From Rhodospirillales bacterium (GTDB lineage Bacteria > Pseudomonadota > Alphaproteobacteria > UBA828): 64,000 nucleotides of DNA. The stretch spans positions 16,374-80,373 of the forward strand of contig JAPPNV010000307.1 in NCBI GenBank assembly GCA_028818565.1, given 5' to 3'. The position numbers and the translations under genes are program-made. Position 1 is the first letter of the stretch. The number at the start of each line of letters is the position of its first letter. Positions 38,596 through 47,792 of the stretch are shown piece by piece. The notes under the pieces are model-generated. The model did not search any database and was not told where the DNA came from. It saw only the letters and a program-made list of their open reading frames with translations.

Positions 38596-38647
38596 CCGGC
38601 GTCTTCTCAACCTGCGGAATCCGGCCTGGACCGTCCCCGCTACAGGG

Positions 38648-40027
38648 CTACTTCGGCAGCTTGTCGCCGTACACGTACGGGCCGTAGAAGAGCTCGTCCC
38701 GATAGCTGATGCCGGTATAGAAGACCTTCTCGTCCGCCACGCCGATGATGTACTCGGTCGCGAAGAGCTGGCCGGTCTTCTCGCCGGTATCGGGCCGGGT
38801 GAAGAACTCGTTTGTCGGCCCGCGCAGGCCGTTGATCTTCAGGTTGCGCCAGGCTTCCACGATCTTGTCGTTGTCGGTGTGGTCGCCCGAGGCCTGCACG
38901 CCGTAGAGGAACCAGATGGCGGCGTCGTAGGCGCCGCGATCGAAGGGGCTGGAGTTCCCGACCTCGGTGTCGCCGTACTTCGCGTTGTAGATGGGCACGT
39001 ACTTCTCGACGCGTGCGAGGGTCGCCTCGTCCTGCGCCGGGTTGTGCTCCTGCCAGCCCCAGACGTAGCCGGACGACATGTTGATGCCCTGGTCCTTGGC
39101 CACGTCGACGAAGATCTGCAGCATCAGCACGTCGTTGCCGAGCAGGATGATCTCGCCGGTCTCGTAGTTGAGGCCCTGCTTCTTCATCTCGTTCATGATC
39201 GCCAGCATGTCGGGGAAGATGTAGGCGTCCATGAGCACGATGTCGGGGTCCTGCTCGGCGAGCTTGGCGACGTGGGGCGCGAAGTCGGTGGTGCCGAAGG
39301 GATAGAGCACCGCCCAGTCGTGCTGGTACTCGTACCGGCCGCCGCCCTTCTCCACCGCTTCCTGCCAGCCGATGGAGCCGTGCACGGTGTAAAGCTCGTT
39401 GCGGCCGATGAAGCCGAGCTTCTTGCGCCCGTCGAAGAGGGCGGGGTCGATGCCGTGCTCCGCCAGCCTCTCGGGCGTTTCGTGGATGAACTCGCCCATG
39501 CCGTGCTTCTCGATCACGCCGGTGTCGGTGATGTCGTGGCCATACTTGCGGCCCACGGTCATCGCCGGGCTCGAGCAGATCGCGCAGATGCTGATGATGC
39601 CCTGCGGATCGAGGATCGAGGCGGCGGACAGCAACGCCGAATTCATCCGGGGGCCCCAGATCGCGCGGGCTTCATCCTGCTCGACCAGGCGGATGACGGC
39701 GTCGATCGACTTCTTGTCTTCCGAGACGTCGTCATAGGCCGTCCATTCGATGGGGATGACCTTGTCGCCGATCTTGAGCCCACCGCCTTCGCAGGGCTGC
39801 GGCGGTACGGCCTCGACGATGCAATCGCCCTTCATGAACTGCTCGACGGCGAGCCTCACGGCCGCTTCCTCGAAGAGGCCCAGGAACGAGGCCGGGCCCG
39901 ACAGCGTGAAGACGCCGCCGAACTTGAAGGTGTCTTCCGCCTTGGCCAGTTGCGGGCCGGCCACAAGCCCCGCACAGAGCGCCGCACCCAGCAGCCCTGC
40001 TCGAATTACTCCAAAGGATGATGCCAT
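38648..40027 (-). CDS. ABC transporter periplasmic substrate-binding protein (family 4 / Leu-Ile-Val-binding-protein type)
   Basis: The signal peptide is MASSFGVIRAGLLGAALCAGLVAGPQLAKA. It is a 459-aa type-I periplasmic binding fold, first gene of the operon. Confidence 0.8.
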   Translation of the reverse strand: MASSFGVIRAGLLGAALCAGLVAGPQLAKAEDTFKFGGVFTLSGPASFLGLFEEAAVRLAVEQFMKGDCIVEAVPPQPCEGGGLKIGDKVIPIEWTAYDDVSEDKKSIDAVIRLVEQDEARAIWGPRMNSALLSAASILDPQGIISICAICSSPAMTVGRKYGHDITDTGVIEKHGMGEFIHETPERLAEHGIDPALFDGRKKLGFIGRNELYTVHGSIGWQEAVEKGGGRYEYQHDWAVLYPFGTTDFAPHVAKLAEQDPDIVLMDAYIFPDMLAIMNEMKKQGLNYETGEIILLGNDVLMLQIFVDVAKDQGINMSSGYVWGWQEHNPAQDEATLARVEKYVPIYNAKYGDTEVGNSSPFDRGAYDAAIWFLYGVQASGDHTDNDKIVEAWRNLKINGLRGPTNEFFTRPDTGEKTGQLFATEYIIGVADEKVFYTGISYRDELFYGPYVYGDKLPK

Positions 40028-40127
40028 CTCTCTCTCCCTGAGTTCCGCGCCGTGCGCGCTACAAAACCACTCAAATTCGGCTCGGAGTATGGGTTAGCGC
40101 CCCAAATGGTGTCAAACGACGCTCCGG

Positions 40128-40916
40128 TCACGAGCCGAACGCCTCGGTCAGGCGACCGCGCCACCCGTGATTGGTCATGTCCAGCTGGATCGGCGTGACC
40201 GAAATCGCGTTCTCGTGGATCGCATGGAGATCGGTTCCGGGGTGTTTGCCACCGTCCTTGTAGCTGATCTCCACCCAGAAGTAGGGCACGTGGCGCGTGT
40301 CGATGCGCCCGTCGATGGTGAAGGAACCCGGCGGCCGCTGCCCCTGGGCGGTGATGCGGACGCCGCTCACCGATTCCGGCAGCGCATCCGGGAAGTTGAC
40401 GTTGACCAGCGTGCCCGAGGGCCAGTCCGGCAGGCGCATGAGGGTCTCGATCACGTCCGGTGCGAAGGCTTCCGCCGTGGCCCAGAGCGCCTCGCCGCCC
40501 ATGGTGAACACCTGGCTGAGCGCGATCGAGCGGATGCCGAGCAGGGTTCCCTCCATCGCTGCGGCGATGGTGCCGGAATAGGTCATGTCCTCCGCGAGGT
40601 TCGCGCCGCGATTGATGCCGGAGAGGAGGACCGTAGGCGGGCTCTCGGTCATCAGCTCGTGGATCGCCATCAGCGCGCAGTCGGTGGGCGTGCCGTCCAC
40701 CGCGTAGCGCCTCTCGCCCATCTGGCGCAGGCGGATCGGCGTATGCATCGAGATCGAATGGCCGGCACCGCTCCGCTCGTGATCCGGCGCGACGACCCAG
40801 ACGTCGTCTGACAGGCTCCGCGCGATCGCCTCGAGAATCTTCAGCCCCCTGGCGTGGATGCCGTCGTCATTGGTGACCAGGATGCGGTGGTGGGAGAGAT
40901 CGCTCTCCGCTGGCAT
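40128..40916 (-). CDS. surE: 5'/3'-nucleotidase SurE
   Basis: Internal ATG with AAAGGA SD gives MPAESDLSHHRILVTNDDGIHARGL..., the SurE signature. The upstream part of the track ORF is noise. Confidence 0.85.
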   Translation of the reverse strand: MPAESDLSHHRILVTNDDGIHARGLKILEAIARSLSDDVWVVAPDHERSGAGHSISMHTPIRLRQMGERRYAVDGTPTDCALMAIHELMTESPPTVLLSGINRGANLAEDMTYSGTIAAAMEGTLLGIRSIALSQVFTMGGEALWATAEAFAPDVIETLMRLPDWPSGTLVNVNFPDALPESVSGVRITAQGQRPPGSFTIDGRIDTRHVPYFWVEISYKDGGKHPGTDLHAIHENAISVTPIQLDMTNHGWRGRLTEAFGS

Positions 40917-41103
40917 GGCGGGGATCCTTTCGGGCGCGCTCGGCGGAGGCGGCAGTCTCTTCGCCGTGCCAGCCGAGCGCAAGGATGCCTCCAGGCGCCG
41001 CCGGATTGCGATGGCTGGCCTTGCGGTGTGACGGCATTGACAGCCCAAAGGCCGATCCGCATGTTGGCGCCTCCGTTCCGGCGAGCCTGCCCTGGGGGAG
41101 AGT

Positions 41104-41856
41104 GTGGCGAAGCTCTACGTGGACTCGGACAAGTACGGCGATCAGGCCCACTCGCCCACCGTCGAGGCGTTCCATAGCGCGATCAAGGACCTCGTCCGGC
41201 GCCGCCTCGACGAGAGCGGGGTCGACTGGAACAGCTTCGTCTTCGACAAGTCCTACGATCTGATTACCGCGGCCGATTTCGAGGAGATCGAGAGGAAACT
41301 CCTCGACGCCGGGCACCGCTACGACTTCTCGGCCGTGATTTCGGTGAACGAACGGCCCGAGGCCTACAAGCCCGCCGAAGGCATCTTGGGCGACGACCCC
41401 GACTGGACCATGGAGCACCCCGACGCGCCCTCAGGCGACGCAGACGCGGAGGGCCGGGCGCTCTGCGGCGTCGGCGACAACGTGATGCGCGTCTCCGAAA
41501 ACACCGTGGGCACCGCGCACTACGTCCGCTCCAGCAGCCAGGTCATGCGCTACCTCGGCGATGGCGTGCCGCCCGGGACCATCGCCATCATCGACGATTC
41601 CGGCGGGACCCTGACGGCGCCGATCCTGGAGCGGTTCGCCGGAATTATCTGCATGGGCGGCACCGTACGCTCCCATCTCGGCATCCTCTCGCGGGAGTAC
41701 GGCATTCCCTGCTTCATGAACGCCAAGATCACCGGGATCAGGGAAGGCGAGCGGCTGGAGATGGAGACCGCCGCGGCGGCGAAGACGGCGGAGGCCTACC
41801 AGAAGGGCGAGGAAATGACCGCCAACATCTGGAAGCTGGTCCAGGAGGCTCCGTGA
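41104..41856 (+). CDS. protein with a C-terminal PEP-utilising-enzyme mobile (phosphohistidine) domain
   Basis: GTG start with GGGGGAGAG SD. The C-terminal approximately 90 aa, GTIAIIDDSGGTLTAPILERFAGIICMGGTVRSHLGILSREYGIPCFMN, fits the swivelling phosphohistidine domain of PEP synthase/PPDK (GG-T-SH-AI-ARE-GIP). The N-terminal approximately 140 aa is unassigned. Confidence 0.6.
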   Translation: MAKLYVDSDKYGDQAHSPTVEAFHSAIKDLVRRRLDESGVDWNSFVFDKSYDLITAADFEEIERKLLDAGHRYDFSAVISVNERPEAYKPAEGILGDDPDWTMEHPDAPSGDADAEGRALCGVGDNVMRVSENTVGTAHYVRSSSQVMRYLGDGVPPGTIAIIDDSGGTLTAPILERFAGIICMGGTVRSHLGILSREYGIPCFMNAKITGIREGERLEMETAAAAKTAEAYQKGEEMTANIWKLVQEAP

Positions 41857-43409
41857 TGGTCGGCGCGCCGCGACTTTCATACGCCCAGCTGCTGGAGACC
41901 AACAACCTCCTTCAGACCTTCACCGACGAGACCTACTGGCTCTGCGTCACGCGGACGGTGCAGGAGTCGAAGCTCTTTCCTGTGCCGCCCTACATGCTGC
42001 TCTCGTACCTCAACGCCTTCTACCGCTATCCCTCGCTCTTGCGGAAGGTGGAGAGCGTGATGACGGCGGAAGAGATCGGCGACCGCGCCCGCGAGGGGCG
42101 CCCGCCCGGCAAAAGCGCCATGGGCTGGGGGATGCCGGGCTTTTACCTGCTCGGCCGCGAGTGGCTCATCAACATGGGGCTGCTGCGGCCACAGGACGCC
42201 GCCGAAGACGTCGTCTACCTGATGGATTTCTGGAAGCGCCTGCAGCTCTCCTGGCACAGGAACGACGGGCACATCACGAACAAGGAATTCGGCCACCGCT
42301 GCCAGATCCTGCCCGAACGCAGGCTCCAGGTCTTCGAGTCCGACGCCTACGGCTGCGAGACCGGCGATCCGCTGCACAGCGCGGCGACCCAGTTCATGGC
42401 GTCTGCGGCCCAATACGGCTTCCTGGTGAGCTGCGAGAGCCGCATCAGCCTGCTCAACACCGGGCCCTACAAGCTTGCCGACGGCAACGAGATGATCGTC
42501 CGCGAATTCATGGACCTCGGCGAGGGCGACTTCCCCTGGCTCGACGACGTGGCTGCGGACATTCCCTACAACAACCTCACCGTCCCGATGCTGGTGAAGG
42601 ACTGCCACTTCTACCTGGTCGACGACTGGGGCAGCTTCGAATCCGAGCCCGAGTTCCGGGCAGAGAGCATCGTCGGCGTCGGCCTCTACACCTCCGACCC
42701 GCTCACCGAGGGGCACGTTCCGGTGGGGATGGAGAGCCGCGAGGCCCTGACCGAGACCTTCCGCACGCTGGACGGGCTCTTCAAGGAGGCGACGGCGCGG
42801 CTCTGGAAGCGCATCGCCGGCTGGAGCCGCGACCAGATGCTCGATGCCGGCGCGCTCACCTACTTCGGCATCTGCAAGGATCTCGCCCATGTCGCCGGCG
42901 TCTACGCCCACGAGGACTGGATGCTGATCGACGAGCGGGCCGAGCGCTTCCGCCCGCTGCTCAACGACGAGTTCAGCCGCGACTGCCTGGGCGAGCTGGT
43001 GGGGCTGCTGACGCTGCCGAGCCATCGCCTCTCGTCCTACAGCATGATGCAGCACGGCAACGGCCCGACGCGCATGTACACGCCGATCCCCTACGCGATC
43101 CTGGACGGCGAGGGTTACGTGCCCACCTGCGGCCCGGTCTACCCCGGCGCCACCACGCTCCCGGCCAAGGCCGACCGCTACCGCACCAGCCAGGGTGTGC
43201 TGACGCTGGAGGAGTACAACCTACGGGTCCGTGACTTCGCGCCGCAGTCGGATCGGTATCGTTTCCTGGACGAGACCTGGCTCAAGTACAACCACGACAC
43301 GCCGCGTGCCGACAAGATGTACCGGCACGAGCAGGAGCGGGCGCGCAAGATCCAGGATTGCGGCGCATCGCTCGGCGCTGCGGAGCTGGCGGCGCTTCCC
43401 CGCGACTAG
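41856..43409 (+). CDS. hypothetical protein (517 aa), translationally coupled to the upstream phosphohistidine-domain protein
   Basis: ATG at 41856 overlaps the upstream TGA (GTGATGG), with AGGAGG 8 nt upstream. I recognise no family (MVGAPRLSYAQLLETNNLLQTFTDETYWLCVTRTVQESKLFPVPPYMLLSYLNAFYRYPSLL...). Confidence 0.55.
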   Translation: MVGAPRLSYAQLLETNNLLQTFTDETYWLCVTRTVQESKLFPVPPYMLLSYLNAFYRYPSLLRKVESVMTAEEIGDRAREGRPPGKSAMGWGMPGFYLLGREWLINMGLLRPQDAAEDVVYLMDFWKRLQLSWHRNDGHITNKEFGHRCQILPERRLQVFESDAYGCETGDPLHSAATQFMASAAQYGFLVSCESRISLLNTGPYKLADGNEMIVREFMDLGEGDFPWLDDVAADIPYNNLTVPMLVKDCHFYLVDDWGSFESEPEFRAESIVGVGLYTSDPLTEGHVPVGMESREALTETFRTLDGLFKEATARLWKRIAGWSRDQMLDAGALTYFGICKDLAHVAGVYAHEDWMLIDERAERFRPLLNDEFSRDCLGELVGLLTLPSHRLSSYSMMQHGNGPTRMYTPIPYAILDGEGYVPTCGPVYPGATTLPAKADRYRTSQGVLTLEEYNLRVRDFAPQSDRYRFLDETWLKYNHDTPRADKMYRHEQERARKIQDCGASLGAAELAALPRD

Positions 43410-43450
43410 GGGCGCGCGCCTCTCCCCACGCGTCCGAGCAGCCTGGCCCA

Positions 43451-44947
43451 ATGCAGATCGGCGAATACATCCGGCGCGCGGGCGCCATGTTCGGCGAGGC
43501 GCCAGCGCTGACCGAGGGCGCGCGCACGCTGAGCTTCCGCGCACTCGACGAAGCGACGGACCGGCTCGGCAACGCGCTGCTGGTGGAAGGCTTCGAGCCG
43601 GGCGATCGCGTCGGCGTGCTGCTGCCCAACGGGATCGACTGCCTGATCGCCTACTACGCGCTTGCCAAGTGCGGCCTCGTGCGGGTCTCGCTCAACGTGC
43701 GCGAGACCGCGGCGGACCATCGCTACAAGTTGGGCGATAGCGGCGCGCGTGGACTCATCCACGACGGCTCTGGCAGTGCCGACGGCATCGATGTGGAACT
43801 CGTCTACGACCTCGACGCTCTGCGCCGGCTCATCGACGACGGCCCGCCCGGCGCCTGCCGCGTGGACCGCGACCTTGAGGCGCCCTTTCGCCTGGGCTTC
43901 ACCGGCGGGACCACCGGCGCGCCCAAGGCGGTCACGCTCACCACGCTGGGCGAGACTGCGGAGCTCTCGGCCTTTCTCATGGACCTGGTGCCGGACCTCG
44001 CGCCGGGCGACCGCTTTCTCCACGCCGCCCCCATCGCACACGCATCGGGCGCCTTCTTCCTGCCCTCGCTGGTGCGGGGCGTGCACCAATGGATCATGCC
44101 GCACTTCGACGCGGCCGGCTTCATCGCCATGGCCGCGCAGGGGCAGGCGACCCATACCTTTCTCGTGCCGACCATGCTGGCCATGATCATGGAGGAGCCC
44201 GCGCTGGAGACGGCGACGCTCCGCTTCAAGCGCATCTGCTACGGCGCTTCGCCCATCGCGCCGAGCCTCTTGGAGCGCGCCATGGACCGCTTCGGGCCGG
44301 TCTTCGCCCAGACCTACGGCCAGGCTGAATCGCCGATGGTTATCACCTGTCTCGGGCCGGAGGATCACGACCGCGTGGGCTCGTGCGGGCGGCCCTATAC
44401 CACCGTGGACGTGGCGATCTTCAACGATGACGACATGCCCGTGCCCACCGGCGAGCGGGGCGAGATCGTCTGCCGCGGCACCCAGCTCATGGCCCGTTAC
44501 TGGAACCGCCCGGAGGAGACGGCCAAGGCCTTCCGCAACGGCTGGCTCCATACCGGCGACATCGGCCGCATGGACGAGGACGGCTTCTTCTACATCCTCG
44601 ACCGAAAGAACGACATGCTCATCAGCGGTGGCTACAACGTCTATCCCCGGGAGATCGAAGACGTGCTGCTTGCGTACGAGGGCGTTGTCGAGGCCGCGGT
44701 CGTGGGCTTGCCCGACGAGAAGTGGGGCGACCGCGTTCATGCGGTGGTCGCCGGGCGGCCCGGCCTGGACCCGGAGGCCGTGCGGCTGTTCTGCCGCGAG
44801 CGGCTAGCGGGCTACAAGTGCCCGAAGAGCGTCGAGATCTGGGACACGCTGCCCAAGAGCGGGGCCGGCAAGCTCCTGCGCCGCGCCGTGCGCGACCGCG
44901 TTATCGCGGCGGCAGCCACCGAGGCGCCCGTGCAGCCGGGCAACTGA
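43451..44947 (+). CDS. AMP-dependent synthetase/ligase (acyl-CoA synthetase family)
   Basis: AMP-binding motifs FTGGTTGAPKAV, YGQAESP, GWLHTGDIG and the lysine-containing C-terminal KSGAGKLLRR are present. Confidence 0.85.
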   Translation: MQIGEYIRRAGAMFGEAPALTEGARTLSFRALDEATDRLGNALLVEGFEPGDRVGVLLPNGIDCLIAYYALAKCGLVRVSLNVRETAADHRYKLGDSGARGLIHDGSGSADGIDVELVYDLDALRRLIDDGPPGACRVDRDLEAPFRLGFTGGTTGAPKAVTLTTLGETAELSAFLMDLVPDLAPGDRFLHAAPIAHASGAFFLPSLVRGVHQWIMPHFDAAGFIAMAAQGQATHTFLVPTMLAMIMEEPALETATLRFKRICYGASPIAPSLLERAMDRFGPVFAQTYGQAESPMVITCLGPEDHDRVGSCGRPYTTVDVAIFNDDDMPVPTGERGEIVCRGTQLMARYWNRPEETAKAFRNGWLHTGDIGRMDEDGFFYILDRKNDMLISGGYNVYPREIEDVLLAYEGVVEAAVVGLPDEKWGDRVHAVVAGRPGLDPEAVRLFCRERLAGYKCPKSVEIWDTLPKSGAGKLLRRAVRDRVIAAAATEAPVQPGN

Positions 44948-44950
44948 GCC

Positions 44951-45553
44951 ATGAGCGACACCTACCTCGTCCTCCACGGGCTTGCGATCAAGAAGCACGC
45001 GGACGCTGGCGCGGTTGCCGCTGCGCTCGGACTCGCCGAGGACGAGGTGCGCGCCGTGCTGGACGATGCGGTGGCGAAAGGCCGCGCAGCGCGCGCAGGC
45101 GAGGCATATTCGCTGACTCCCGTCGCCCGTGTGGCGCTCGACGGCGCCTATTCCCGGCTCTTCGCCGCGCAACGGGCCGATGAGGCCTTCGCCGCCGCCC
45201 ACGAGCGCTTCGAGGCGATCAACATAGAGCTAAAGCAGCTGATGACCGCGTGGCAGACCATCGAGATCGATGGCGAGAACGTGCTGAACGACCACACCAA
45301 CAAGGACTACGACGACAGGCTGATCGACCGCCTCGGCGCCCTGCACGAGCGGGCGGAGACGACCCTCCAGCAACTGAGCGCCGGGCTGCCACGCCTCGCA
45401 ATTTATTCGGAAAAGCTCGAAGCGGCGCTGGAGAAGGCCGAGGACGGCGCCATCGAGTGGGTCAGCGGCGCGCGGATCGAGTCCTACCACACGGTCTGGT
45501 TCGAGCTTCACGAGGACCTGCTGCGGATCCTCGGCCGCACGCGGCAGGAATAG
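44951..45553 (+). CDS. hypothetical protein (200 aa; possible winged-helix-like N-terminal region)
   Basis: It starts 4 nt after the ligase stop. Its stop TAG overlaps the next start region (TAGGCATG). No confident family assignment. Confidence 0.5.
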   Translation: MSDTYLVLHGLAIKKHADAGAVAAALGLAEDEVRAVLDDAVAKGRAARAGEAYSLTPVARVALDGAYSRLFAAQRADEAFAAAHERFEAINIELKQLMTAWQTIEIDGENVLNDHTNKDYDDRLIDRLGALHERAETTLQQLSAGLPRLAIYSEKLEAALEKAEDGAIEWVSGARIESYHTVWFELHEDLLRILGRTRQE

Positions 45554-45555
45554 GC

Positions 45556-47316
45556 ATGGGTGCCGTCGGCCGCTGGGTCCTTTCCCTTGACGGCGCTGCG
45601 TTGCCCGACGGTGCGCTTGTCGGGGGCAAGGCGTGGGGCATCGCCTTCATGCGCCACGCGGGCCTCCCGGTGCCGCCCGCCTTCGTGGTGACGACAGAGG
45701 CCTGCCGCGCCTACCTCGCCGAGGGCCAGTTGCCGGATGGCCTCACCGACGAGCTTCACGCCGGCATCGCCATGCTGGAGGCGGAGACCGGGCGCCGCTT
45801 CGGCGTGCCCGAGCGCCCGTTGCTGCTGGCGGTCCGCTCCGGCGCCGCCATCAGCATGCCGGGCATGCTGGATACGGTGCTCAATCTCGGGATCGACGAA
45901 GAGATTGAGGCGGCTCTGGCGCGAGAAAGCGGCGACGTGGCCTTCGCCCGCGACACCCACCGGCGCTTCCACGAGATGTACGCGCGCATCGTGCTCAAGG
46001 CGGGGATCGACGGGCTTCCGCCCGAGGGATCCGTCGAGGAATGGCGGGCGGCCGTGGCGGAGGCGGGGGCCGCAGCCAGGGTGCCGGAGGCGCCGGTCGA
46101 TCAGCTTCTCGGCGCGGTTCGTGCCGTCTTCGACTCATGGAACGGGCGGCGCGCGAAGCGTTATCGCCGGCATCACGGGCTCGCGGATGACGCGGGCACC
46201 GCCGTCACGGTGCAGGCCATGGTGTTTGGCAACCTCGGCGCGAACAGCGGGACGGGCGTGCTTTTCAGCCGCAATCCGCTCACCGGTGCGCCTGTGCCTT
46301 ACGGCGAGTATCTTGCCTGCGCCCAGGGGGAGGACGTGGTCTCCGGCCAGCGGACGCCGCAGGGACTCGATGCGCTGTCGTCGTCCCTGCCGGAGGCGCA
46401 CGCCGCCCTGATCGACGCCGCGGGCCGGCTGGAGGCGCTGAACCGGGATGTGCAGGACATCGAGTTCTCGGTACAAAATGGCGCGCTCTACCTGTTGCAG
46501 ACCCGCACCGCCGCCCGGGCTCCCGCAGCGGCCATGCGCATCGCCGTCGATCTGGTGAACGAGGGAACCATCTCCTCCGACGAAGCGCTCGCCCGCGTCA
46601 GCGCGGCCCAGGTCCGGACGCTGCTCATGCCCCGCCTCGATGAGGGCGCCGGAGAGGACGCCGCCCTGCTCGCGGAAGGCGAGGGCGCGAGTCCTGGTGT
46701 CGGCATCGGCAAAGTCGTGCTGGATGCCGACGCGGCCGAGGCGAGCGGCGCGGCCGGCGAGGACGTGGTGCTGGTGCGCCCGACCACCAGCCCGGAGGAC
46801 GTGCACGGCATGGTCGCCGCCCGCGCGGTCGTGACGGCGACCGGGGGTGCGACCTCGCACGCCGCCGTGGTAAGCCGCTCCCTCGGCGTTCCCTGCGTCG
46901 TCGGCTGCGGCGAAGGCGTGGGCGCGGCGCTTGCGGGCAGGGAGGTGACGGTGGATGGCAAGGCCGGGCAGGTGTTCGATGGTGTCCTGCCGGTGAGCAT
47001 TCCCGCGGAGACGGACGATCCGTACCTGCGCCGGATTGCGGCATGGGCCCGCGCGGCCGCGCCCATCGCGGTCTATCGCGCCGAAGATTCGGCGCCCAAC
47101 GGCGCGGTCGATCTCGACCGCTTGCCCGGCGGTGAGGAACCGGAGCGAATGCCCGCGCTGCTCGCGGGGGCTCCCGGCGCAAAGGGCGGCGCGCTCGCCA
47201 GCGATGCGGGTGTCGCGGCCGCCGTTGCCGCCGGCCTCGACTTCATCGTTGTTCGCCACGCTCTGCCGGCCCTGCTCGCGGCCTGTGCCGCCGCGCGCGC
47301 CGAGGCTGCCACATGA
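45556..47316 (+). CDS. pyruvate-phosphate-dikinase-like protein: PPDK_N nucleotide-binding domain plus central phosphohistidine domain, lacking the C-terminal PEP/pyruvate TIM barrel
   Basis: MGAVGRWVLSLDGAALPDGALVGGKAWGIAFMRHAGLPVPPAFVVTTEACRAYLAEG...LLLAVRSGAAISMPGMLDTVLNLG...RRFHEMYARIV...VFDSWNGRRAKRYRRHHGLADDAGTAVTVQAMVFGNLGANSGTGVLFSRNPLTG...YGEYLACAQGEDVVSGQRTP is collinear with the PPDK N-terminal domain. ATGGATSHAAVVSRSLGVPCVVGC is the catalytic His swivel domain. The protein ends about 80 aa later, so there is no room for the roughly 300-aa PEP-utilizers C domain. Confidence 0.8.
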   Translation: MGAVGRWVLSLDGAALPDGALVGGKAWGIAFMRHAGLPVPPAFVVTTEACRAYLAEGQLPDGLTDELHAGIAMLEAETGRRFGVPERPLLLAVRSGAAISMPGMLDTVLNLGIDEEIEAALARESGDVAFARDTHRRFHEMYARIVLKAGIDGLPPEGSVEEWRAAVAEAGAAARVPEAPVDQLLGAVRAVFDSWNGRRAKRYRRHHGLADDAGTAVTVQAMVFGNLGANSGTGVLFSRNPLTGAPVPYGEYLACAQGEDVVSGQRTPQGLDALSSSLPEAHAALIDAAGRLEALNRDVQDIEFSVQNGALYLLQTRTAARAPAAAMRIAVDLVNEGTISSDEALARVSAAQVRTLLMPRLDEGAGEDAALLAEGEGASPGVGIGKVVLDADAAEASGAAGEDVVLVRPTTSPEDVHGMVAARAVVTATGGATSHAAVVSRSLGVPCVVGCGEGVGAALAGREVTVDGKAGQVFDGVLPVSIPAETDDPYLRRIAAWARAAAPIAVYRAEDSAPNGAVDLDRLPGGEEPERMPALLAGAPGAKGGALASDAGVAAAVAAGLDFIVVRHALPALLAACAAARAEAAT

Positions 47317-47792
47317 CCATCGACCGCAAGGAGGTCGAGGCGCTGATCCGCCTCTTCGAGCGGTCGGACTGGCACGAGCTCCGGCTCGAGACCGACGGGC
47401 TGAAGCTGGTGCTCTCGAAGGACGCGGATGCGGCAGCGCTCGGGTCGGAAGCCGAGGCTGCCGCAGCCTCGGCAGAGAAGGCTCCCCTGGAAACCACACG
47501 CGCCCAGGACGACGTGGCGCCGGTGGACGGGCTGGTCCCGATCACGGCGCCCAACCTCGGCACCTTCTATCGCGCGCCGAAGCCGGGGGTCGCGCCCTAC
47601 GTGGAGGTCGGCCAGCAGGTCGGCGAGGCAACCGAGGTATGCCTGATCGAGGTCATGAAGCTGTTCACGCCGGTTCGGGCCGGGATCAACGGCCGGATCG
47701 CCAAGGCCTGCGTCGAGGACGGCGAGATGGTGGAGTTCGGCGCGCCGCTCTTTCTGGTCGAGCCGGAGGCCGAAGCGGCCGAGAAGGCGTGA
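47313..47792 (+). CDS. biotin carboxyl carrier protein (biotinyl/lipoyl domain protein)
   Basis: ATGA overlap with the upstream stop. The C-terminal biotinyl domain carries the CLIEVMKLFTPV lysine motif (AMKM-type) within a GxxVxxGxxL hammerhead context. Confidence 0.8.
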   Translation: MTIDRKEVEALIRLFERSDWHELRLETDGLKLVLSKDADAAALGSEAEAAAASAEKAPLETTRAQDDVAPVDGLVPITAPNLGTFYRAPKPGVAPYVEVGQQVGEATEVCLIEVMKLFTPVRAGINGRIAKACVEDGEMVEFGAPLFLVEPEAEAAEKA

